A stretch of DNA of 11,390 bases from assembly GCA_044376115.1 (NCBI GenBank), contig JBILLK010000061.1:1-11390 (forward strand), given 5' to 3'. The notes under the pieces were generated by a model. That model was not told the origin of the DNA and made no database searches. It was given only the letters and a program-made list of their open reading frames with translations. The DNA comes from Polyangiaceae bacterium. GTDB lineage: Bacteria; Myxococcota_A; Polyangia; Polyangiales; Polyangiaceae. Of the stretch, positions 1 through 6,856 are shown one piece after another. A program made the position numbers and the translations under genes. Each line of letters starts with the position of its first letter. Positions within the stretch are counted from its first letter, which is position 1.

Positions 1-1
1 G

Positions 2-103
2 GTCGTCGACCGTCTCCTCAAGGTCCTCGTCGCGGTACTCGGCTCGGCCCAGCCCTACGACCGCGCCAAACGACCTGTGCAAAACCTCGCGATCGCGGCT
101 TGA
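2..103 (+). mobile_element. 3' end of a probable IS110-family transposase (partial; the rest lies left of the window)
   Basis: The frame starting at nt 2 reads VVDRLLKVLVAVLGSAQPYDRAKRPVQNLAIAA* (TGA 101-103). This resembles the IS110 C-terminal pattern (A/V)xRLLxxLxAxLxxxxxYD. The stop overlaps GCTTGAC, as is typical of IS110 right ends. Only 33 codons are visible. Confidence 0.65.
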
Positions 104-120
104 CGAACGGTAGGGAGTCC
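98..120 (+). mobile_element. Putative IS110 right end carrying an outward-facing -35 hexamer (TTGACG, 100-105)
   Basis: GCTTGACGAACGGTAGGGAGTCC directly follows the transposase-like ORF. No terminal inverted repeat can be assessed because the left end is not visible. The exact boundary is uncertain. Confidence 0.5.
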
Positions 121-154
121 GTGCCCGTGCCCGCTCTTACTTCACTATCCCCTA

Positions 155-1546
155 TTACCCATTACGCACCGCCCCCACCTTCACCCGAAACTCCTTCTTG
201 GGCGCTATCGTGATACCGCGGAACTCCCCTTCCACCTTGGCGCCCTCGGCGAGGGTCAGGTCCAAGCGGCGGAGCAGCTCGGCCAATACGATACGCATCT
301 CGAAGGTGGCGAAGGCGACGCCGATGCAGGTTCGCCGGCCGCCGCCAAAGGGGAAGAAGGTATTGGTCGAGGGCGAGCTGTCCTCGAGGAAGCGCTCGGG
401 TCGATATTGCTCGGGGTTGGGCCAAGAATCGGCGCGGCGATGGGCCAAGGCTACGCACGGCCACACGATGGTTCCCGGCGGTAAGCTCCAATCGCCGAGC
501 TCCACCGGGCGCCGCAAATGCCGACCGACGGCTGGCGCAATCGGCGTTAGGCGCATCGCCTCTTTGATCGCGGCCTCGGTGTAAACCAGCTCTTGGGCGC
601 GCGTTGCGACGACGGGACCACCGCCGAACACCCGATGGATCTCATCGAGTACGCGCTGATGCGCTGGGCGATTGGCGAGCAAGTGAGCCAGCGTCCAGGT
701 AAGCGTATTGGCCGTCGTCTCGTGCCCACCGATTAAAAGCGTTATTAGCTCATCGACGATGCCCTCGATCTCCATCGAGGTGCCGTCCTCGTAACGAGCC
801 GTGGCCAAGAGCGCGAGTACGTCCTCTCGGCCTTCTGTGCCGTGAGTGCGCGCGTGCTCCACTTTGGAGCGCAACACAGCGATCACCTCGTTCTTGGCGT
901 CGGCCCAGCGTTCCCAAGGCAAGAGTGCTGGCCTGCTACTATTGATTCGCCTTGACGCCACACCATCCAAAAATGCGCGCACCCGCGTTGACTTGAGCGC
1001 GCTCGCGGCAAAGAAGGTAAGCGGTTGCATCACACCGTTCAGCCAGCGCACCAGCGGCTCGCGCACCTGCTCCGATTCAGCGCCCAATCGCATACCGAAG
1101 ATGCACTGCAACACCACATCGAGCGTGATGGTCTGCAATAGCTCGTGCACCTCGAGCGTATCGCCCGGGCGCAACTTCTTCGCCTCGCGCGCGGTGATCT
1201 CCTGGATACCAAGCGCATAGCTGCGTAGCCGCTCGCCGTGCAGCGGCGGCATTAGCAGCTGACGGTCGCGCTTGTGCTCATCGCCGTCCAAGAACAAGAG
1301 CGAGCGCTCACCGATGTTGGCTGGGAAGGCCTGCTGAGCCTGCTCGTAGTCCTCGGCCTTGAGCGCGAAGATCTGCCGTACGAGCGCCGGATTGCTCGTC
1401 ACCACGCGCGGTGGATCAAAGGGTAGCTGCAAGGTGAAGCTGTCTCCGAAGCGCTCCGAGCACTGCGCTAAATAGCCGTAGGGATCGGCGCCAAACTTCA
1501 TCGCCTGAACGATCGGTAGTTCACTCGGGCCGGGAGGAAGACTCAT
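155..1546 (-). CDS. Cytochrome P450 (463 aa; long, CYP110/CYP135-like bacterial type)
   Basis: N-terminal LPPGP, I-helix IGGHETTA, ExxR (EAMR), PERF, and the heme-ligand motif FPFGGGRRTCIG. Tandem stop codons TAA TAG. Confidence 0.97.
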   Translation of the reverse strand: MSLPPGPSELPIVQAMKFGADPYGYLAQCSERFGDSFTLQLPFDPPRVVTSNPALVRQIFALKAEDYEQAQQAFPANIGERSLLFLDGDEHKRDRQLLMPPLHGERLRSYALGIQEITAREAKKLRPGDTLEVHELLQTITLDVVLQCIFGMRLGAESEQVREPLVRWLNGVMQPLTFFAASALKSTRVRAFLDGVASRRINSSRPALLPWERWADAKNEVIAVLRSKVEHARTHGTEGREDVLALLATARYEDGTSMEIEGIVDELITLLIGGHETTANTLTWTLAHLLANRPAHQRVLDEIHRVFGGGPVVATRAQELVYTEAAIKEAMRLTPIAPAVGRHLRRPVELGDWSLPPGTIVWPCVALAHRRADSWPNPEQYRPERFLEDSSPSTNTFFPFGGGRRTCIGVAFATFEMRIVLAELLRRLDLTLAEGAKVEGEFRGITIAPKKEFRVKVGAVRNG

Positions 1547-1561
1547 CGGGAGCTCGCTTTC

Positions 1562-1662
1562 TGTGCGCGCACAACGCTAGAAGCGAATGCCGGTTGTCGC
1601 AACCGGCGGGCGTCGAACGGGGCGCAGGTTCTGCGCCTTGGCCGCTAGATTTTCGTTTAGCG
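1562..1662. repeat. Cluster of four short inverted repeats in the divergent P450/CBS intergenic region
   Basis: TGTGCGCGCACA (1562-1573, perfect 12-bp palindrome); GCCGGTTG-tcg-CAACCGGC (1589-1607); GGCGCAG-gtt-CTGCGCC (1621-1637); CGCTA-N10-TAGCG (1643-1662). Confidence 0.75.
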
Positions 1663-1708
1663 CAGCAACCCTGGGAGACGGCGCGCCGGGATCGCATAGG
1701 AAGCAGCG

Positions 1709-1724
1709 CGGCCCGTGGCTTGCT
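1709..1724 (+). promoter_or_regulatory. Putative sigma54 (-24/-12) promoter of the CBS-domain gene
   Basis: CGGCCCG-TGGC-TTGCT has GG (1710-1711) and GC (1722-1723) separated by exactly 10 nt, against the consensus TGGCACG-N4-TTGCW. Confidence 0.6.
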
Positions 1725-1736
1725 GAGGCGGCTGCC

Positions 1737-2528
1737 ATGACCGTTCACCGATCTCATCTTCAAGGCTCGATTGAGACCTTCATGCAGCCGAGCGTGATCT
1801 CGGTTTCGCTCGAGACGCCGCTGCGCGAGGTCTCGGCGCTGCTCGACCGGCACAACTTCTCGAGCGTGCCGGTGCTGGAAGACCAGCGCATCGTGGGCGT
1901 GGTCTCACGCACGGACTTGTTGCGGCTGGGCCGGCGTGAGGGCGCAGGGCACGGGGCTCCGCTGGCGCCGCTGCCGGCTCGCAGCGCGGGCGAGGTGGCG
2001 ACGCGACCAGCCGTGGTGGTGACGCCCGGTGAGAGCTTGATGCACGTGGCCGGCATGATGGTCGAGCGGCGGATTCATCGCGTGTTCGTCGCGCAAGAGG
2101 GCAAGCTCGTGGGCGTGTTTTCGACGCTGGATTTGCTGCGCGCTATTGCGCATTCGCGAGTCGAGTTGCAGCTCGCCGAGGTGATGTCGAAGCCAGCGTT
2201 CACGCTGCCGGTGGCCTCCACTGTGGCGCACGCTACCGACCGATTGGCGCACGCGCACGTATCTGGCCTTTGCATCGTTGATGAGGAGGGTTGGCCGGTA
2301 GGTCTGTTCTCGCAACGCGAGGCGCTTGCCGCGAGCCACGTCCCCGGCGAGTCCTCGGTGGAGGACGCGATGAGCTATGCGTTAGTGTGTTTGCACGGCC
2401 AGGTACCGCTTTATCGCGCAGCCTCGCTCGCTGCGAGTTCCCGCGCGCGCCGCGTACTAGTGATTGAGCACCGGCACGTCGTGGGCGTGGTCACGCCGCT
2501 CGACTTTGCGCGGGCCGTGAGCCACTAA
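1737..2528 (+). CDS. CBS-domain protein with two CBS pairs (~263 aa; start revised from 1587 to ATG 1737)
   Basis: Four CBS repeats: SSVPVLEDQRIVGVVSRTDLL, HRVFVAQEGKLVGVFSTLDLL, SGLCIVDEEGWPVGLFSQREAL and RRVLVIEHRHVVGVVTPLDF. The first 50 codons of the tracked ORF overlap the promoter/palindrome region. GAGG lies at 1725-1728. Confidence 0.92.
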   Translation: MTVHRSHLQGSIETFMQPSVISVSLETPLREVSALLDRHNFSSVPVLEDQRIVGVVSRTDLLRLGRREGAGHGAPLAPLPARSAGEVATRPAVVVTPGESLMHVAGMMVERRIHRVFVAQEGKLVGVFSTLDLLRAIAHSRVELQLAEVMSKPAFTLPVASTVAHATDRLAHAHVSGLCIVDEEGWPVGLFSQREALAASHVPGESSVEDAMSYALVCLHGQVPLYRAASLAASSRARRVLVIEHRHVVGVVTPLDFARAVSH

Positions 2529-2552
2529 AGGGGATTGGAGGTTAGGGCGCGG

Positions 2553-3815
2553 CTAGGGCGTGAGCTTTTGTTTGCGCCAGCGGCCGAGGAAGTATTTCTT
2601 GAGTGGGCCGATGGTCTCTTCGTAGGTGAAGAAGAGATAGTCCTCGTGGGAAGCGTCCATGGAACGCACACTGGAAGCTCCGTTGAGCTCCAGCTGGCTT
2701 CCAGTACCTCCGTTTCTGGGCTCCACATTGATGACGTCCGGGGTCGAGAAGTAGAAGTAGTCACGATCCGCGACGATTCTAGAGTCGAGGTCGGGTTGAA
2801 CGGCGGTGTTGGGAACGAAGTTGCTCGGCATCGCGCTTTCGGCTGCCAGCACCTCAAGCGTGCAAGAAGGCTGGGCGCTGCTGGAGCATTGCTTCATTAG
2901 TAGCGCCCAGGGTTCAGCGCCACATGCTTGAGCCCCGTCCGTAGCGGCAACATTCACACCGATCGGATCGCCGGGCGCCCCGTTTACGCCTTCGATGATA
3001 TGGACGGCTCCGGCTCCACCTTGGTCGGCACGGGCGGTGAGCCAAACCCGTGAGGCCGCTGCATCTACGAAAGCAACCCGCAGCGCCAAAGCCGGGCCTT
3101 CAGCATTTGCGGGAACGCCCTGACAGTCTGCTGTCGTTAGCTTTTCAAGCTCCCCGCGCACCGTTTCCTTTGGGGTTCCGTCAGGAAGTTCGGTGAAGCA
3201 GACGTGGTTCGTTGCAGCGATGGCCATGCGCCCCGATTGAACGCGTAGGTCTCGAATCTCCAGCGCCGTCGTGACGCTTTCACAAGCCGCATCGGGCCAA
3301 CACAGGTAGCCGCCTGTGGTTGGAGGACCTCGGAAGAAAAAGCCACCTCCTTCGATCGGCCCGAAGCGACCGAGTTGAGGTTCCGCGATGGCTACCTCCC
3401 CGAGTATGTCGATTTTGGTGAAGGCACCAGTGGTCCAATCCCCGGTAGCCGGCCACCGACCGACGCGGAGCGTTGTCTCGGAGCGCGAGACCCACGCAAT
3501 CTCGTCTCCCGAAACCGCAATCGCACCCACGTCATCGGTGCGATCGAGCTCGACGACTTCAACCTCGCAGGTCCGTGGTTTGGCAGCGGGCTGCACGTAG
3601 TCCGCGCAGTCGCAGCGCGAGACGTCGCTACAGGCCGCTGAGCACACCTCGGACGGCCCAGCGCCAGTTCCCCCTCCGCCAGCACTGCTTCCCCCCAGCC
3701 CACCGCTGTTCACCGCGCCCGCGGTGCCTCCGCCGCCTTCCGCACTACCACCACAATCACCGGCGCGCAGCAGTACGCAACCGCTTAGCAAGAAGGAGGC
3801 AAAGACCAAGCGCAT
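2553..3815 (-). CDS. Cys-rich lipoprotein of unknown function, possibly a beta-propeller (420 aa)
   Basis: Signal peptide II-like MRLVFASFLLSG|C, then a Gly-rich linker (GGSAEGGGGTAGAVNSGGLGGSSAGGGG), 14 Cys in total, and blade-like segments (GAIAVSGDEIAWVS, RIVADRDYFYFST, RSMDASHEDYLFFT). Confidence 0.8.
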   Translation of the reverse strand: MRLVFASFLLSGCVLLRAGDCGGSAEGGGGTAGAVNSGGLGGSSAGGGGTGAGPSEVCSAACSDVSRCDCADYVQPAAKPRTCEVEVVELDRTDDVGAIAVSGDEIAWVSRSETTLRVGRWPATGDWTTGAFTKIDILGEVAIAEPQLGRFGPIEGGGFFFRGPPTTGGYLCWPDAACESVTTALEIRDLRVQSGRMAIAATNHVCFTELPDGTPKETVRGELEKLTTADCQGVPANAEGPALALRVAFVDAAASRVWLTARADQGGAGAVHIIEGVNGAPGDPIGVNVAATDGAQACGAEPWALLMKQCSSSAQPSCTLEVLAAESAMPSNFVPNTAVQPDLDSRIVADRDYFYFSTPDVINVEPRNGGTGSQLELNGASSVRSMDASHEDYLFFTYEETIGPLKKYFLGRWRKQKLTP

Positions 3816-3890
3816 AGGTGAGCATCTTCGCCCTGCGCGGCAAGAGGGGCAAGGGGTCGGAGCCCGTGCTTCCGCACAACGCTTGAGAAG

Positions 3891-5108
3891 CTAGCTCACT
3901 GGTCCGCTGCCAAAGCGAGCGAAGAGCGGAGGGATGACCACGAGGTTGAGCAGCGTGCTCGAGAGCAGCCCGCCTAGGATTACCGCCGCCATCGGCGCTT
4001 GGATCTCGTTGCCGGGTTGGCCTGCTGCGAGCACGATCGGGATCAGCGCGATCGCTGCGGTCAGCGCTGTCATCAGGATCGGGACCAAGCGGTCGAGGCT
4101 GCCTTGAATCACGGCTTCTCGCCGCGCAGCGCCTTGTTCGAGCAGCTGGCGATAGTGCGTTACCATCATGATCCCATTACGCGTCGCGATGCCAAACAGC
4201 GTGATGAAACCGACAAGCGACGCGATGCTCAGAATACCGCCGCCGAGCTGCACGGCGACAGCGCCACCGACGAGGCCAAGCGGCAGATTGAACAGGACGA
4301 TCGCGGCATCCCGCGCACTCTTGAAGGCGACGATCAGGAGGACGACGACGCCGATGATGGCGACGCCGGAGAGGATAAGGATGGTTCGCCGCGCGGAGGC
4401 CTCACTCTCGAATTGCCCACCGAGCTCGGTTCGGTAGCCCTGCGGGACCGGGACCTGCTTGGCGACAGCGCTGAGGACGTCTTCCGCTGCGCCGCGAAGA
4501 TCGCGGCCCGTAACGTTGGCTGTGACGTAGATACGCCGCTGGCCATTCTCGTGGTTGATCAGATTCGGGCCGAGTGTCTTGGTGATCTGGGCCAGCGAAC
4601 CAAGCTCTGCAAAGCGGTTCCCACCCGAGTCCACCGGCACCAGCGCGATCTTGTCGGGAGCTGCTGCGTAGTGTCGCGGAAGGCGCGCCACGATGTCGTA
4701 GACGCGCCCGCGCTCGTAGTAGGTGCCCACGCTCGAGCCTGCCAGCGCCGTCTCGACGAAGCCCGCGAGTTCGCCTGGCGTTCGGCCGAAGGCGGCCGTC
4801 TCGCTTCGCATCGGCAAGATGACCAGCTCCGGAATCTCACTCTGCTGCTCGACCGCGATGTCGACGAGCCCCGGCACAGTCTTCATCGCCGCCTCGACCT
4901 GACGCGCGAGCCCGCGAAGTTGGTCGAGATCGTCGCCGTAGATCTTGAGTACGAGGCTGGCGCGCACGCCGCTCACGAGATGCTCGATGCGATGGCTGAT
5001 GGGCTGGCCGACGGTAACGACCAAGCCGGGGATGGTCGCCGAGTGTTCGCGTATCTCCGCAAGCAACTGCTCGCGATCGCGCCCCTTCATGTCGAGCCCG
5101 ACTTCCAG
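3891..5108 (-). pseudogene. czcA: C-terminal fragment (~405 aa) of a CzcA/CusA-family heavy-metal efflux RND permease; N-terminal ~600 aa missing
   Basis: HME-RND motifs GQPISHRIEHLVSGVRA, KIYGDDLDQL, GPNLINHENGQRRI, GGQFE, SLVGFITLFGIATRNGI, RLVPILMTAL and PMAAVILGGLLSSTLL. The frame is open only back to LEVGLDMK (5108) with TGA at 5114-5112, whereas full-length family members are ~1030-1050 aa. Confidence 0.92.
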
Positions 5109-5364
5109 CCATCAACGCCTCACGGCCAATGCGCGGACGATAGCGGAAGGCGCGCCCATCCTTTTCCCGCGCCACAAAGCCCTTGTCGTGAAGCCGATCC
5201 AGCACGGTCAGCACGGTGGTGTAAGCCAGCACCCGGCGCTGAAGGCCAGCGGCGACCTCGCGCACCGAGAGCGGGCTAGGAGCACCCCACAGCACCTCGA
5301 GCACGCTGTTCTCCAGCTCACCGAGCGAGTCCACCTTGGGCTTTGCACTCAACGCTCTGTTCAT
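5107..5364 (-). pseudogene. BlaI/MecI/CopY-family repressor, truncated after ~86 aa (reads on out of frame into czcA DNA to a stop at 4837)
   Basis: Winged HTH: LGELENSVLEVLW...SVREV...LAYTTVLTVLDRLHDKGFVAREKDGRAFRYRP...REALMA. After this the ORF becomes Arg-rich off-frame sequence and the C-terminal dimerisation helices are absent. Confidence 0.9.
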
Positions 5365-5377
5365 GCCGCAGCAGGAA

Positions 5378-5396
5378 CTACTACATCGCGTCGTAG
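5378..5396. promoter_or_regulatory. Putative BlaI-type autoregulatory operator
   Basis: Imperfect palindrome CTACTAC-ATCGC-GTCGTAG (minus strand TACGAC-N5-GTAGTA), 13-14 nt upstream of the repressor ATG. It matches the actinobacterial BlaI (Rv1846c-type) motif TAC[G/T]AC-N5-GTAGTA as recalled. Confidence 0.8.
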
Positions 5397-5421
5397 ACGT
5401 CGAGCACGCCTGAACTGCCGC

Positions 5422-6855
5422 TCAAGCGAGCCTTGCGAGTGCCGTCACCAGCAAGGCAGTATCGGATACCTCCGCAAGGTCTTGACGCGGGTGAACAGCC
5501 ACAATCGCTTTGGCTTGAAATGAACTGAGCATGGGTAACATCATCCCGGCTTCCTTAGGCAGATAGACCGGTACATCGAACTCGTCGCCCGCCAATCGCA
5601 ACAAGATACAGGGGCGTCCGAGAATCACTCGTTCCTCAAACGCTCGCGCCTGAAGCAGCGCCGTCGCGACGATGGCAGGACCGTCGACGGAATCAGGAAG
5701 CAATGCCAGGTGTCGTTCAACAATATTGAGATACGTGCGACACGCAGGCAGAGAGGCGCCAAGCGACGAGGAACAGGTTCGATCCACTCGCGCAAGGAGT
5801 TCATCCCACGCTGCGTCGAAGACGCCAAGGGTACGGCCGTATTCAACCATCGCTGAAAGCCGGGCCACCAGCGAAAGCTGCGGTACCAACGTCGAGGCGA
5901 ACGAAAGCTGTGTTGGCTGCCCACGCACCGACTGCGGACCCGCTTTAACAATATCAGCCATCGATATCGGATGGTCGATTTCATCCAACATCCGAAGCGC
6001 CTGCTTCCGCCGATCCTGCTCGCGTTCAGAGGTCCGCTTGCGATTCGGCGCGGCAGCATCGTCAAGCTTCGCACCGTCAAGAAACAATAGGTGAATCCCC
6101 TTAGCCTCGCTGCGCACCGTCTCGCGCGACGATTGAGCGGGCCAAGCAGCCAGCGGGGCTTGCTCCGATTGCGCACTTACCCGGGCGCGTCCCTGGGCAA
6201 TTGGGCGACCGTCACCCTTGGTGGAACCTTCTTCGAGCGTCGTGGGGTCTGTCGATGTCGGCCGTTGGGGCAGACGGCGGTCGGCCACTGCCAGCTCCAG
6301 CTGCACCTCGGAATTAGTCGGTACGGAGCCGACGAAGGTCATGGTGCCCACCCGTTGGACGGTGCGGATATGCAGGCAGTGTGGTCGTAGCACAATAGGC
6401 TTCGAGCCTTTGGCTGACTGACCTCTCACATAGAGCACCCACTCGGGAATTCTCCATAGTGCGCTGTCGAGCCCTGGGACCAAACCCTCGATACCGAGCG
6501 TGGTACCCGGCTCAACTCCATTCAAGGCCAAGCGAAAGCGCACTACCGCGAGGTCTCCGTTGGTGTTGAGTCGCTCGGTCTGAGTACCTAGCGAGACGGA
6601 CACTGTCCTTACGCCTCGATTGGGGGTCCCTATCACGAAAAGCTCCGCTACTTCCTTCGCGGTAGGAACATCGCTAGGTCGCAATAAGCGGCCCCCCTCG
6701 GCCGATGGTTTATCTTCGATAGGTTCCTGGGTCTGGGCAATCTGGAAGCGGTCATTCTCCAGATTGAAGGTCAATTTGGCGACGATGAGGGAGCGGTGGT
6801 CTCCCTCTGGTTTCAGAACAAAGGGAATCGCCGAGGGAATTGTTGCGAAAGGCAT
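5422..6855 (-). CDS. Protein with a shortened, degenerate DUF2169-like N-terminus and a conserved C-terminal domain (paralogue B, ~477 aa; start revised to ATG 6855)
   Basis: LIVAKLTFNL...IAQTQEPI...GRLLRPSDVPTAKEVAELFVIG and LHIRTVQRVGTMTFVG resemble the first and last strands of DUF2169. ATG 6855 lies 1 nt after the upstream gene's TGA (TGA-G-ATG). Clear similarity to 6857..8725. Confidence 0.8.
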   Translation of the reverse strand: MPFATIPSAIPFVLKPEGDHRSLIVAKLTFNLENDRFQIAQTQEPIEDKPSAEGGRLLRPSDVPTAKEVAELFVIGTPNRGVRTVSVSLGTQTERLNTNGDLAVVRFRLALNGVEPGTTLGIEGLVPGLDSALWRIPEWVLYVRGQSAKGSKPIVLRPHCLHIRTVQRVGTMTFVGSVPTNSEVQLELAVADRRLPQRPTSTDPTTLEEGSTKGDGRPIAQGRARVSAQSEQAPLAAWPAQSSRETVRSEAKGIHLLFLDGAKLDDAAAPNRKRTSEREQDRRKQALRMLDEIDHPISMADIVKAGPQSVRGQPTQLSFASTLVPQLSLVARLSAMVEYGRTLGVFDAAWDELLARVDRTCSSSLGASLPACRTYLNIVERHLALLPDSVDGPAIVATALLQARAFEERVILGRPCILLRLAGDEFDVPVYLPKEAGMMLPMLSSFQAKAIVAVHPRQDLAEVSDTALLVTALARLA

Positions 6856-6856
6856 C

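Noticed and set aside
1587..1736. 50-aa N-terminal extension of the CBS protein
   Set aside because: It overlaps the palindrome and sigma54-like promoter region and has no CBS similarity; ATG 1737 is more plausible.
3891..5090. Stand-alone 399-aa half-size RND gene starting at ATG 5090
   Set aside because: CzcA-like residues (LEVGLD) continue upstream of this Met, there is no good ribosome-binding site and no N-terminal half lies nearby, so truncation is the simpler explanation.
4837..5106. Arg-rich C-terminal half of the 175-aa BlaI-family ORF as a novel domain
   Set aside because: It is an off-frame reading of czcA coding DNA beyond the junction.
3999..5279. 426-aa plus-strand ORF
   Set aside because: Antisense shadow of the high-GC3 czcA fragment and the repressor; the peptide is D/R/A-rich with no recognisable motif.
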